64,000 nt of DNA from NCBI GenBank assembly GCA_040904565.1, contig JBBDTI010000031.1, positions 39,056 to 103,055 of the forward strand. Direction: 5' to 3'. Shown here piece by piece: positions 1 to 10,089 of the stretch. The notes under the pieces were generated by a model, which made no database searches, was not told where the DNA came from, and saw only the letters and a list, made by a program, of their open reading frames with translations. This stretch comes from Rhodothermales bacterium (GTDB taxonomy: Bacteria; Bacteroidota; Rhodothermia; Rhodothermales; VXPQ01). Both the position numbers and the translations under genes were made by a program. Position 1 is the first letter of the stretch; each line of letters begins with the position of its first letter.

Positions 1-754
1 GGCAGATGGCCGTCAGCACGGTCGAGACGGCGGCGGATAGCGCCAGATTGCCGTTCGTCTTGTAGTTGTAGATCTGCAGCGTGAGAAAATTTTCCGTGCC
101 TGCGAAGAGCAGGGGTGCGGTAAAGGACGCCATCGAGATCATAAAGACGAGGAGGGACGCTCCCACGAGGGCGGGTTTGAGCTGGGGAAGCACGACCCGA
201 CGAAAGGTCGTGACGCCCGACGCTCCGAGTCCGGCCGACGCCTCGAGCAAGCTCCGATCGATGCCGCCGAGGGCCGACATGACGAAGAGATAGAAGTAGA
301 CGTACATCGTATATACGTGCACGAGCCAGACGGCCCAGAGTCCGTCGAACGAGAAGGGTACGCTCTGAAGGTCGAGCAGTGCCTGGAGGCCGCGCGGCAA
401 CATCCCGCTTTCCCCGTAGAGAAACAGAAACGCGAGGACGCCGACGAGGGGAGGAAGGGCCAGCGGAAGGGCGGCCACCGCCATGAGAAGCCCGCGCAGC
501 GGGAACGTGAAACGATGGAAGAAAAATGCGAGCGCCGTCCCCAGGAGTCCGGCACCGAGGACCGTCGTGATGGAGATGAAGACGGAGTTATAAAGTGCCC
601 GGACGTTGGCGGAGGACCACGAGGAAAAGAGGCGCGCGTAGTTGTCGATCGTCATCCCGATCTCGAACGTGCGCAGGCTCGGATAGAGGACGTACGCTGA
701 GAGGATCAGTAAGAGCGGGACCGCAAGGTAGGCCGTAGCGCGGCGCGTCAGCAT
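1..754 (-). CDS. ABC transporter permease, Fe3+/FbpB-like (runs off window start)
   Basis: Manual translation from ATG at 754: MLTRRATAYLAVPLLLILSAYVLYP...LPLALPPLVG...EASAGLGASG..TFRRVVLP (EAA motif); multiple TM segments; not in ORF track because truncated. Confidence 0.85.
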   Translation of the reverse strand, partial: MLTRRATAYLAVPLLLILSAYVLYPSLRTFEIGMTIDNYARLFSSWSSANVRALYNSVFISITTVLGAGLLGTALAFFFHRFTFPLRGLLMAVAALPLALPPLVGVLAFLFLYGESGMLPRGLQALLDLQSVPFSFDGLWAVWLVHVYTMYVYFYLFVMSALGGIDRSLLEASAGLGASGVTTFRRVVLPQLKPALVGASLLVFMISMASFTAPLLFAGTENFLTLQIYNYKTNGNLALSAAVSTVLTAIC

Positions 755-760
755 ACGATC

Positions 761-1453
761 CTAGAGATTGCTGCGGCCTTCGAGGGCACGCGATAGGGTC
801 GCTTCGTCGGCGTACTCGAGGTCGCCGCCGATCGGCAATCCGCGTGCGATGCGCGTAAGTCGGACGCCGTGCGGTTTCAGGAGCTGCGAGATGTAGTAGG
901 CCGTCGTATCGCCTTCGACGTTCGGGTTCAGCGCCAGAATGACCTCCTCGACGGCGGGGCGTTCGTCAGGTTCATACGGCAGGGCGTTTTCGGCCACGGC
1001 GGCCTCCCCGTTTTCACCAGATACCTTCTCCGATGAGACCCGCTCGAACTCCGGGTCGATGCGTCCCACGAGGGACCGGATATTGAGATCCTCAGGTCCG
1101 ATGCCGTCCAGCGGCGAGATAACTCCGCCGAGGACGTGATAGACCCCGCGATATTCGTTCGTTCGCTCGAGCGCCATCACGTCGTTAGCATCTTCCACGA
1201 CGCAGATCAACGAGTGGTCGCGGCGATGCGATCGGCAGATCGAGCAGGGATCCTCATCCGTCACGTTGTTGCAGACCGAGCAATTCTTGACCCGGTCTTT
1301 TACGTTGACGAGGGCTTCGGCCAGCTCGACGACGTCCGCCCGCGCCATCTTCAGGACATACGAGGCGAGCCGCTGCGCGGTCTTTCGGCCGATCGTCGGC
1401 AGCTTCGTGAATTGCTCGACGAGCGCCTCGACCGACTCGGACGTGAAATTCAT
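761..1453 (-). CDS. recR: Recombination mediator RecR
   Basis: Hh[14 protein letters not shown]4 Zn finger CSVC..CSIC, Toprim [27 protein letters not shown]; next to ybaB/dnaX. Confidence 0.97.
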   Translation of the reverse strand: MNFTSESVEALVEQFTKLPTIGRKTAQRLASYVLKMARADVVELAEALVNVKDRVKNCSVCNNVTDEDPCSICRSHRRDHSLICVVEDANDVMALERTNEYRGVYHVLGGVISPLDGIGPEDLNIRSLVGRIDPEFERVSSEKVSGENGEAAVAENALPYEPDERPAVEEVILALNPNVEGDTTAYYISQLLKPHGVRLTRIARGLPIGGDLEYADEATLSRALEGRSNL

Positions 1454-1513
1454 GGTGGAGGCGAAGTTAGTCCGCGGGCAGGTAGGAGCAGGCGTGCATC
1501 GACGCGGTCGATG

Positions 1514-1852
1514 CTAGAGTCCGAGCGAGGAGAGGTCCATTCCCGGAGGAAGCATTCCGCCCGCGGCTCCAGACATCTCCTGCTGAGCCATTTCCTGCGC
1601 TTCGTCCAATGCTTTGTTTACACCCGCGATGACCAGATCTTCCAGCAGTTCAAGGTCGTCGGGATCGATCGCGTCCGGCTCGATCTTGATGCTCGTAACG
1701 CGCTGCGCGCCATTGGCGGTCACCTTGACCATGCCGCCGCCGGCCTCTGCCGTTACCGACTTCGAGGCCAGGTTCTCCTGGACCTCGTTCATCTTCTTCT
1801 GCATCTCCATGATCTTGCCGAACATATCGGCCATATTTCCACCGTTGGACAT
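1514..1852 (-). CDS. ybaB: YbaB/EbfC nucleoid-associated protein
   Basis: AGGGMVKVTANG, LEDLVIAGVNKAL; dnaX-ybaB-recR synteny. Confidence 0.95.
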   Translation of the reverse strand: MSNGGNMADMFGKIMEMQKKMNEVQENLASKSVTAEAGGGMVKVTANGAQRVTSIKIEPDAIDPDDLELLEDLVIAGVNKALDEAQEMAQQEMSGAAGGMLPPGMDLSSLGL

Positions 1853-1987
1853 GAGGTACCCTGCAAATTTTGCTGAATGGAACTCGAGTCGACGCTAAAC
1901 CACTGTGTAACCACTGTGCTCCGCTATCGGCGGCGTCACGGAGACGCGTGCGATGGAGGCGTTCCGACAACGCGGCGCCCCCCTTAC

Positions 1988-4084
1988 TTACCAGACCAGC
2001 TCACCGCCGAACTGATCGAAGATGGCACGGACGACCGGGTTTTCCTCCCGCTTCCGTTTCATGTACTCGTACGGATCGAAATCTGAGGCGGTTTCTTGGG
2101 ACGCCGTCTCATCCATCGATTCGCGAATCGAGAACTGAATCGTACGGATCGAAACGTCGACCAGCTCTTCGAGGTGGCCGAGCACGTAGGACGACTGGCT
2201 GGTCAGTACGCGCCGGTGAAAATCGTTGGGTACGGCAATTTGAACGACGCCGTCGTCGAAGGCTTCGGGCTCGGTGTGATGAAGAAGCGACCACACCTGG
2301 ATCTTGTCGTTCTTGACGGCCTCGAGCAGCTCGTCCCACGCGCCGGTGATCGGGCCCGCGTCTGCTCGGTCGGGCGGCGCGCGATCCGGTTCCGCCTCGT
2401 TGTCGTCTGTCGACGCTTCGGCGGGCGACGGCCTGCGAAGGGCCGGTTTCCCGAGGAGGTCCGACGCACCGCTGCCTGGTGATTGTTTCGGGCTGGTGGC
2501 CGGCTGCGGTGACTCTTCAGGGGGCGGGGTGGACGACGTGCCGTCGCCGAGATGTTTCGGCGACGGCTCGTCTACCAGAGACAACGTCGTCGTAGATCCC
2601 GCTGCACCGGGCGCAGCCGTTCGTGCGCTCCGGGCGGTCGCTTCGGCATCCGACGAGGCCGGCGTGGGTTCCCGCGATGCCCCGGAGACTGGGGGCTCAG
2701 CGTCCGTCTTCGGCGGTTTCGATTTCGGCGGCGACGGATTCGCCGTGTTCTGATCCGGCGTGGACCGTGACGCATCGGACGGTTTCGCCGTGCTCTTTTT
2801 CGGCGTGGACCGTTTGGGTGTGTCGGCCGGCACGCGGGAGGGGGTACGGGACGGCGCATCGGCGGGGGCGCTCGACGATGTCTCGCCGGAAAGATCGCCG
2901 GTGGGGAGTTCTCCCCGACGCGCCATCTCCTCCAGTCGGTCGATCTTCGAGAGGGCGGTACGGAGGTCCGCGCCGAGTGTTATCGATGCCATCTTCAGCA
3001 GCGTGGTCTCCACCTTCAGGCGCGGCTGCGTGGCCCCTTTGATCGCGTCTTCCGCATCGGCCGCCACGGTGAGCAGGCGAAGGAGGTCGGATTCGGTGAA
3101 GTCAGCGACGGCGTCGCCATAGCGCGCCCGGGTCGTCTGCGCCGCCTCGATGAGATCGAGATCCTCCATCGTCCGTGCGACGAGGAGATTTCGAAGGTGC
3201 TCCGACAGCCCGGAGAGGAATTCCTGTAGATCGTGCCCGGCGCGTACCGTGCGCTCCACCAGCCGCAGCATGCCGCCCGTGTCGCGCGCGGCGACGAGGT
3301 CGGTCACCTCGAAATAGCGGTCGACTTCTACGACGCCCAGTGCTTTGGCCAGCTCCGCGTATTCGATGTCGTTACCACAGAGCGATACGGCCTGATCGAA
3401 GACGGAGAGGGCATCACGCAGCGCCCCGTCGCCCTTCCGTGCGATGAGCATCAGCGAGGCTTCATCCGCCCGAATGTTCTCCTCCTCACAGATCTCTGTC
3501 AGCCGGTCCGTGATTTCGGGTACGGCAATGCGGCGAAAATCGAACCGCTGGCAGCGCGAGAGGATCGTCGGCAGCACCTTGTGCGGCTCCGTCGTCGCAA
3601 AGATGAACAGCACGTGCGGTGGTGGTTCTTCGAGCGTCTTCAGCAGGGCGTTGAATGCCGCCGTCGAGAGCATGTGCACCTCGTCGACGATATACACTTT
3701 CTTGCGACCGCCTTGCGGTGGAATGCGAACGGTCTCCCGAAGGTCGCGAATGTCGTCGACACGGTTGTTCGAGGCCGCGTCGATTTCGATGATGTTGAGG
3801 CTGCGTCCTTCCTCGAACGTACGGCACGAGTCGCACGACCTGCACGGTTCCGCATTCGCTTCCCGCTCTTCGAGCGGCGTCGTGCAGTTGATCGCTTTTG
3901 CGAGAATGCGCGCCGCCGTGGTTTTGCCGACGCCGCGCGGCCCGCTGAACAGATACGCGTGTGCCAGGCGGTCGAGCCGGATGGCATTCTTGAGGGTCTC
4001 GGTAACGTGCTGCTGGGCTACGAGCTCACTGAAGAGCTGCGGTCGGTACTTGCGAGCGGTTACGAGATACCTCTGAGCGGACAT
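1988..4084 (-). CDS. dnaX: DNA polymerase III subunit gamma/tau
   Basis: ARKYRPQ, Walker A GPRGVGKTT, EIDAASN, DEVHML, NALLKTLEEPP, SRC; long Pro/Ser/Ala linker; start chosen at MSAQRY. Confidence 0.97.
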   Translation of the reverse strand: MSAQRYLVTARKYRPQLFSELVAQQHVTETLKNAIRLDRLAHAYLFSGPRGVGKTTAARILAKAINCTTPLEEREANAEPCRSCDSCRTFEEGRSLNIIEIDAASNNRVDDIRDLRETVRIPPQGGRKKVYIVDEVHMLSTAAFNALLKTLEEPPPHVLFIFATTEPHKVLPTILSRCQRFDFRRIAVPEITDRLTEICEEENIRADEASLMLIARKGDGALRDALSVFDQAVSLCGNDIEYAELAKALGVVEVDRYFEVTDLVAARDTGGMLRLVERTVRAGHDLQEFLSGLSEHLRNLLVARTMEDLDLIEAAQTTRARYGDAVADFTESDLLRLLTVAADAEDAIKGATQPRLKVETTLLKMASITLGADLRTALSKIDRLEEMARRGELPTGDLSGETSSSAPADAPSRTPSRVPADTPKRSTPKKSTAKPSDASRSTPDQNTANPSPPKSKPPKTDAEPPVSGASREPTPASSDAEATARSARTAAPGAAGSTTTLSLVDEPSPKHLGDGTSSTPPPEESPQPATSPKQSPGSGASDLLGKPALRRPSPAEASTDDNEAEPDRAPPDRADAGPITGAWDELLEAVKNDKIQVWSLLHHTEPEAFDDGVVQIAVPNDFHRRVLTSQSSYVLGHLEELVDVSIRTIQFSIRESMDETASQETASDFDPYEYMKRKREENPVVRAIFDQFGGELVW

Positions 4085-4393
4085 GCAGATAATGCGTTGC
4101 GGAGTGGGGAAATCGTTGTGCCGGTGCCGGACCGTCTTCAACAACCGTCGTCAACAGGAGCGGGGCGCGGGCCGGGATGGACGGCGGCGTCGTGTCGAAT
4201 CGGGTAGCGCCGTGCCGCGGTTCCAATCAACTTAGCAGACGATGCCGTGAGGCGCAAGATCCCTGAGGCTCGAAGACGGGGAAATTGGACCGTGTCGTGT
4301 GGACTCCGCCGCGCCATCGAGGCCCACGCCATCGGTGCCCGAGCGACACGTTCCGACGCCGCGCCGCGGCCCTGGTGGTCCTCTGTTCCGATC

Positions 4394-5146
4394 TTATATC
4401 GTGCCGTAGGTACCTGCGAGCACCCATCCGGTCGTGCCGTTGGGGAGCTGGACCTCGCTCCACGCGGCACGTTGAGTCACGACCTTGACGACGGTTCCTT
4501 CGTGGACCTGCACGTCGGTCCGGCCACCGTTCGGTCGATCGAGCAGCGTCGTTCGATTTTCGAGCATGACGGCTCGAACGGTATGTACGCGATCGTACGA
4601 CGCCGTAAGTCCCAGAAGGATGAAGCATACGCCCGGGAGACCTAATCCGTAGGCGGCGCGGCGAAGCCACGCCGATCGACCGCGGCGGATCCACATTGCA
4701 AGGGCTCCCGCCGCGCCGAGATAGAGGAGGAGTCCGACCGTGAAGAGCGCTGCTGGACTCCAAACCTGACCGATCCGCTCCAGCGCCGTTCGCCATATGG
4801 GCGGCGGGACGCGCGAGAACGAATCGGAGATTTGCCCTCGCGCCAGCGAGAGGTTGTGGGCTACATCCGTACGGGCGGGCAGCCACCTGGCGGCTTTTTC
4901 GTAGTACCGAATGGACTGGCCGAGCTCGTCCATTCTAAAGTACGCGTTCCCCATATTGTAATAGAGCGATCCGCTGCCGTACCCCGCCTCGATCGCCATC
5001 CGATATTGCTCGACGGCTGCCTCGAAATCTCCTTCTCGGAAAAGCCTGTTACCCTCGTCGAAATGACGGTCGGCCACGTCGACCCCCTGCGCGCGGACGG
5101 GGGCGGCGAAGAGCAGTACAGCGGCTATGAGGCACCGGACCGTCAT
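4394..5146 (-). CDS. batE: BatE-like TPR + SH3 membrane protein
   Basis: Signal peptide, TPR (YYNMGNAYFR), two TM helices, C-terminal VHEGTVV...GTTGWV. Confidence 0.88.
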   Translation of the reverse strand: MTVRCLIAAVLLFAAPVRAQGVDVADRHFDEGNRLFREGDFEAAVEQYRMAIEAGYGSGSLYYNMGNAYFRMDELGQSIRYYEKAARWLPARTDVAHNLSLARGQISDSFSRVPPPIWRTALERIGQVWSPAALFTVGLLLYLGAAGALAMWIRRGRSAWLRRAAYGLGLPGVCFILLGLTASYDRVHTVRAVMLENRTTLLDRPNGGRTDVQVHEGTVVKVVTQRAAWSEVQLPNGTTGWVLAGTYGTI

Positions 5147-5149
5147 ATG

Positions 5150-7015
5150 CTACACCGAGGCCGGTTCTGAGCGGCGTGCCTTGACGGCCTCATCTACGGC
5201 GAGAATGACGGCTGCCGCGCGCTCACCGGCGTGTTCCATGGTTTCCCGCTCCGGTACCAGGGGAGCGAATCGCACCCGATCGCACTCATCGAGCAGGTTG
5301 CGCAGCACGGTCCGATCGTCACGGCCGACCCCGACGCTTACCAGGAGTGCGTCGATCTGGTTGCGCGTCAAACCGGTTGCCGCGACATGTAATCGATTGC
5401 CGATGAAGCCGGTGACGGCTCGTTCGATCTCCTTATAGAATGCCCGCGATCGTCCGTCGGCGAGATGCTCCTGTGCCGACCGGAGGTGTTTTCCGGCGAG
5501 CGGATGAGCCATGCGACTCCGCGCTCGACGCGGGTCGTCCGTCAGGGCGCTCTCGCGTCTCCTGGCTGCATAGAGAAAAAGGAGCAGGCCGATGGGGAGT
5601 GCCAGCGCGGCATACGGCCACGCCCGCCGGTGCAGAGGGGGAGCATCGACGGCGTGCCACGAAGCTGCTCCTGCGTGAATAGGAGCGATATCGTCGATGG
5701 GAAGTCCGCCCGACGTCGTGCCGGCCGCCAGAGGCGAAGCCGAACCCGTCACGCGGAGCGCAGGGAGCGCCGCCTCGGACGTTTCATACCGTCCGCTTTC
5801 GGGGTCGAAATAGGTCAGCGTGACGGGCGGAAGCTCGTAGGTACCGTTCGATCGAGGTACCAGGACGTACCTGAACGTCTTGCTCCCACGGATGCGTCGT
5901 CCGTCTCGGTCGATGGACGTTTCAATGCCCGGATCGTAGCGTTCGAAAATGGCCGGGGGTTGGAAGCGGGGCGCGTCCAGCGTGGCGAGATTTCCCGCGC
6001 CGCGGACGACCACCTCAAGCTGCACGGGTTCTCCGACCTCGACGTCGGATTCGTCGATCCCGGCCTCTACGGCGTACGTACCGACAGCTCCCGAGAACGA
6101 GCCCGGCGCGTTATCGGGCAGCGGACGCACGCGGAGGTGCACGGGCGGGGACGAGAGACTGACCGACTCGAACCGGCCCCGCATCGAGAAGAAACGGTCG
6201 AAGGCGTCCGACGCGCCCGACGGCACGTAGGCTTCCGTCTCAATTTCCAGTGGATCGATCGTCAGGTCGCCCGATCGCGTCGGAAAAACGGCCACTCGCT
6301 TCAGCACGATCATGTGATAGACGATGCCGTTTTCGACGCGCGTTTCCGGTACGGGTCTGGAATCCACGTTGAATTCCTCTCTCCAGAACCCCTCTGCGTC
6401 CCACGAGCCGGCAAGACGGCTCTGGCGCAGTTGCACGCCGTCCCGAAAAAAGAGCTGATATTCGATGGTGACCTGTTCGTTCAGCCGGGCCTCTAACGTA
6501 CTTGCGACGGCCCGGATGAACAGGTCGCGCGCCCTCTCGACGGCGTTGTCTGGGCTCTCCTGAGTGGACGATCCGGCTGAAGGCCACTGCGGACGCGCGT
6601 TCCGACCGTTCGGGCGCTGTGACTGATCGACGACCGTTATCGATATCGGTTCGGTGGAATACGTCCGATCGCCAACTGCGACGGAAGCCGCCTTGATGCG
6701 GGCCGGGCCCGCCTCCTGCGGCCTATAGGTCCACCTGAACGAGACCGACTGCTGGAGCCGGCCGTTGATGATCGTCATGCTCCGGTGCGTGCTCGGCGTG
6801 CGCTGCACGAGAACCAGTCCGGATACGTCGGGAGGCGACGGGGTACGTACGTCGGAAAGCGAGGCGCCCTCGATCTCTACACTGAAAACGACGGACTCCT
6901 GCGTGCCGATGGTCGTTTCCGACACGCTGCCGCGCACGGCGACGTCCTGCGCGAGAGCCGGCACGGTGAGGACGAAGGCCAGCATGCCGAATATGGCGAG
7001 ACGTACGTCTATCAT
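5150..7015 (-). CDS. batD: BatD family protein
   Basis: Signal peptide, repeated beta domains, FSGAVG, G.GNL, TYFDP motifs, C-terminal TM; position in bat cluster. Confidence 0.9.
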   Translation of the reverse strand: MIDVRLAIFGMLAFVLTVPALAQDVAVRGSVSETTIGTQESVVFSVEIEGASLSDVRTPSPPDVSGLVLVQRTPSTHRSMTIINGRLQQSVSFRWTYRPQEAGPARIKAASVAVGDRTYSTEPISITVVDQSQRPNGRNARPQWPSAGSSTQESPDNAVERARDLFIRAVASTLEARLNEQVTIEYQLFFRDGVQLRQSRLAGSWDAEGFWREEFNVDSRPVPETRVENGIVYHMIVLKRVAVFPTRSGDLTIDPLEIETEAYVPSGASDAFDRFFSMRGRFESVSLSSPPVHLRVRPLPDNAPGSFSGAVGTYAVEAGIDESDVEVGEPVQLEVVVRGAGNLATLDAPRFQPPAIFERYDPGIETSIDRDGRRIRGSKTFRYVLVPRSNGTYELPPVTLTYFDPESGRYETSEAALPALRVTGSASPLAAGTTSGGLPIDDIAPIHAGAASWHAVDAPPLHRRAWPYAALALPIGLLLFLYAARRRESALTDDPRRARSRMAHPLAGKHLRSAQEHLADGRSRAFYKEIERAVTGFIGNRLHVAATGLTRNQIDALLVSVGVGRDDRTVLRNLLDECDRVRFAPLVPERETMEHAGERAAAVILAVDEAVKARRSEPASV

Positions 7016-7016
7016 C

Positions 7017-7802
7017 CTACCAATCCTTCTCGACCGTACGCGGTTGCCCACTGAGCCGCTGCACCTCGCGAAGCAGCTGTTCCTCTTCGTTCTGGAGGGC
7101 CTGCAGGATCCGTTCGGCCTGCGCCTCGCTCAGCCGCTCGTCGGCCTGTCCTTCCTGCTGCGGCGAACGCTGCTGCTGCTCGCCGTTCGCGGCATCCTGT
7201 TCACGCGAATCGTCGTTCTGCTGCTCCTGCTCGGGTTGCGCTTCGTTGTCGCCCGCCCGGTTCTCCTGGTTTGCGTTCTCCCCGTCGCCATCCTCCTCAC
7301 CACGCGGGTCCGACTCGTCGGAGTCCCCCTCCTGTTGCTGCTGCTGTTGTTCTTCCTGTTCCTGAAGGCGTCGCTTGACGAACTCATAGTTATACTTCGC
7401 GTCCGCATGGTCCGGATCGCGCAGCAGGCTTCGGCGATAGTTTTCCAGGGCGGCCTGGAGATCCTGGGCGGCATAGGCGGCATTTCCGGCATTGTAGGCC
7501 GTACGCGTCACCTCCGCATCCGTCGTCGCAACGGCAAGCGCCTGGTCGAAGGCTTGCCGCGCATTCGGTGCATCTCCGGACCGCAGCAGCGCGGCCCCAA
7601 GATTATTGTGGAGGGCGTAGCGGAGCCGAGCCGGAGCGTCGTCCGCCAGAACGGCCAGCCCGCTGGCAAACGCCTCGGCGGCCTCTTCGTAGGCCTCTTC
7701 GTCGTACAACCGGTTCCCGCGTCTTCCGTCCTTTTCCCCATCGTCGAGGAAAAGGGTGGTCGGACCGAGGAACAGAAGGAGAATGATCGTGAGGATGCGC
7801 AC
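7017..7802 (-). CDS. batC: BatC-like TPR protein
   Basis: TPRs (YNAGNAAY, DAKYNYE), Q/E-rich linker, AERILQAL..EE and terminal EKDW. Confidence 0.9.
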   Translation of the reverse strand: MRILTIILLLFLGPTTLFLDDGEKDGRRGNRLYDEEAYEEAAEAFASGLAVLADDAPARLRYALHNNLGAALLRSGDAPNARQAFDQALAVATTDAEVTRTAYNAGNAAYAAQDLQAALENYRRSLLRDPDHADAKYNYEFVKRRLQEQEEQQQQQQEGDSDESDPRGEEDGDGENANQENRAGDNEAQPEQEQQNDDSREQDAANGEQQQRSPQQEGQADERLSEAQAERILQALQNEEEQLLREVQRLSGQPRTVEKDW

Positions 7803-7924
7803 GGTGGATGCTGCGTTTGGCCGGGTTGCGTGTGGTCGAGCTCAGTCGGGTCAGATGGCGTGTCAGGCTGCCTCTGGTAAGGTGCGTGCGGTCAGGCTGC
7901 GTGCGGTCGGGCGTATTCCGGTGG

Positions 7925-8959
7925 TCAGCTGTCGTCCGTCGCCGCGGCCGAGCGGATCTTACGCCGATCCGTGACCAATCGTTCGAGCATAAGCAGGATG
8001 AGCGCTGCAGCCAGCGGCCACTGGTACCGCTCGTCGTACTCCTCGAACTCTTCGGTGGCAAACTCCTGTCGTTCCAAACGTTCGAACGACGACGTTATTC
8101 TGGGGAGGGAGCTGGACGTGCGGGCGATGCGAAAATAGGCCCCGTCGCCGGCGAGCTGCTGCAGCACCGCCTCCTCCAGCCGGGTTCGAACCGGTTCTCC
8201 CTGGGCGTCCTGCTTGAACCCCGTTCGCCGCCCATTCTCTGTCGTGGGGATGAGAGCGCCCTCGGTCTCGCCGACGCCCGCTGCATACATGACGATGCCT
8301 TCCTGGCGAGCCTCGGCGACGAGTTCGTCGACGGCAGCGACGTGATTCTCGCCATCGGATACGAACAACAGCGCCCGCGTCGGCTCATTATCCGGCGTAT
8401 CGGTGGGTACCTGAAACGCCTGCATGGCCATACGGAAGGCGGCACCGAAGTCGGTGCCCGGCGTCGGAATCATGGTAGGATCGGCCACGTCGAGAAACAG
8501 GCGCACGGCGGAATAGTCCGTCGTCAGCGGGCACTGAATGAACGCATCCCCTGCGAAAATGACGAGGCCGACACGATCCCCCCGCAGTTCGTCGAGCAGC
8601 TTCTTTATTTCGTTTTTCGATCGCTCCAGGCGGTTCGGTCCGACGTCCTCCGCCTGCATCGACTGAGAGACGTCGAGCGCGATGACGAGATCGATGCCTT
8701 CACGTCTGACCTCGCGAAGTTCCGTGCCGAAACGCGGTCCGGCCAGAGCGAGCGCCAGAAGGACGATGCCGCCGGTTACCGCGGCCGCTTTCCAGCGGCG
8801 GCGGCGGGCACTGACGGTCATGGAGAGCCGGGCGACGACCACCTCGCTGCCGAAGCGTCGGATCGCCTCGCGTCGCTTCCACGCTGCCCAGAGAAACAGG
8901 GTCACCGCGAGGGGAGCGGCACCGAGCGCCCATAAATATGTCGGATGAAGCCAGTCCAT
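7925..8959 (-). CDS. batB: BatB VWA-domain protein
   Basis: MIDAS DVSQSM, DRVGLVIFAGDA, PLTTDY, SDGENH. Confidence 0.92.
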   Translation of the reverse strand: MDWLHPTYLWALGAAPLAVTLFLWAAWKRREAIRRFGSEVVVARLSMTVSARRRRWKAAAVTGGIVLLALALAGPRFGTELREVRREGIDLVIALDVSQSMQAEDVGPNRLERSKNEIKKLLDELRGDRVGLVIFAGDAFIQCPLTTDYSAVRLFLDVADPTMIPTPGTDFGAAFRMAMQAFQVPTDTPDNEPTRALLFVSDGENHVAAVDELVAEARQEGIVMYAAGVGETEGALIPTTENGRRTGFKQDAQGEPVRTRLEEAVLQQLAGDGAYFRIARTSSSLPRITSSFERLERQEFATEEFEEYDERYQWPLAAALILLMLERLVTDRRKIRSAAATDDS

Positions 8960-8974
8960 GCGTTTGGTAGGCGG

Positions 8975-9958
8975 CTACGGTGTTCGGCGAAGCCGGGTGT
9001 TGGTCAGCAGTAATTCCAGAAGCAGCAGTCCAAATGCCGGCCAGAGGAAGACGGCGTAGCGCTCCTGGTAATCGGTATATACGCGCTCCTCGATCTCCGT
9101 CCTTTCGAGCTCTCCGATCTCATCGTACACCTCTCGCAGCGTTTCCTTATCGGTTGCCCTGAAGTAACGACCGCCGGTGTTCGTGGCGACGGTGGTCAGC
9201 ATCTCTTCATCGATCTCCACGGGAACCATCCTGCGGCGTTGACCACCGAAGGGATCGTTGAAGAGGAACGGAGCCTCTCCGTGCGTTCCGACGCCGATCG
9301 AGTAAATGCGAACGCCGATCGTTTCGGCCACCTCGGACGCCGTGACGGGATCGATCTCTCCCCGATTGTTCTGTCCGTCCGTGAGCAGGATGATGACCTT
9401 GCTGTCCGCCGTACTCTCTCTGAGCCGGTTGGCGGCCATGGCAACGGCCGTGCCGATCGCCGTACCGTCTTCGATGACGCCTACATTGACCTCGTCGAGC
9501 ATCCGCAGCAGAAAGTCGTAGTCGAGCGTAAGCGGCGTCTGCGTATACGCCTTCGCGGCAAAAACGACGAGGCCCACGCGATCGGACGTGCGGCCTCGGA
9601 TAAACTCTGCTGCGACGTCGCGCGCCGCCTCGAATCGATTGGGCGCGAAGTCCTGCGCGCGCATGGACGTCGAGGTATCCAGAACGAGCATGATGTCGAT
9701 GCCTTCGGCGAATCGCTCCTGGACCACGTTGCGATCCTGGGGCCGGGCCAGAGCGAGGATGCCGAGCACGAGAACGCCGACGCGGAGCAGGACCGGAAGA
9801 CCGCGGATGCGCGCCCAGACCGAACGGGGTGCGTCCCGGGCCGGTGCGACGTTACTGTACCGCATACCCCGCCGGCCCCGGCGTCGCCACCAGGTGTACC
9901 AGACCATCGGTGGTACGAGCGCAAGCAACCAGAGCCATTCGGGTTGTGCGAACTGCAT
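8975..9958 (-). CDS. batA: BatA VWA-domain protein
   Basis: ALARPQ, GIDIMLVLDTSTSM, GTAIG, LTDGQNNRG, TGGRYFRA. Confidence 0.93.
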   Translation of the reverse strand: MQFAQPEWLWLLALVPPMVWYTWWRRRGRRGMRYSNVAPARDAPRSVWARIRGLPVLLRVGVLVLGILALARPQDRNVVQERFAEGIDIMLVLDTSTSMRAQDFAPNRFEAARDVAAEFIRGRTSDRVGLVVFAAKAYTQTPLTLDYDFLLRMLDEVNVGVIEDGTAIGTAVAMAANRLRESTADSKVIILLTDGQNNRGEIDPVTASEVAETIGVRIYSIGVGTHGEAPFLFNDPFGGQRRRMVPVEIDEEMLTTVATNTGGRYFRATDKETLREVYDEIGELERTEIEERVYTDYQERYAVFLWPAFGLLLLELLLTNTRLRRTP

Positions 9959-10089
9959 GGTGGACCGTTTCGATGAGACGATGGGGGCGCGTGCTCGTTC
10001 GGCGCGGGCCCTGTAGAACGCGTGAGCTACATGTGGATGCGGTGATTCTCTACCATCGGACGCGCGATTTGTTGCCGCGGCGAGTGGAC

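Noticed and set aside
2790-2802. dnaX programmed -1 frameshift site (gamma/tau)
   Set aside because: Minus strand reads G AAA AAG, not the canonical A AAA AAG; no long A tract seen
4145-4393. SRP RNA (ffs) upstream of dnaX, as in many bacteria
   Set aside because: No CAGG...GGAA...AGCAG domain IV motif on either strand; only short GC-rich inverted repeats
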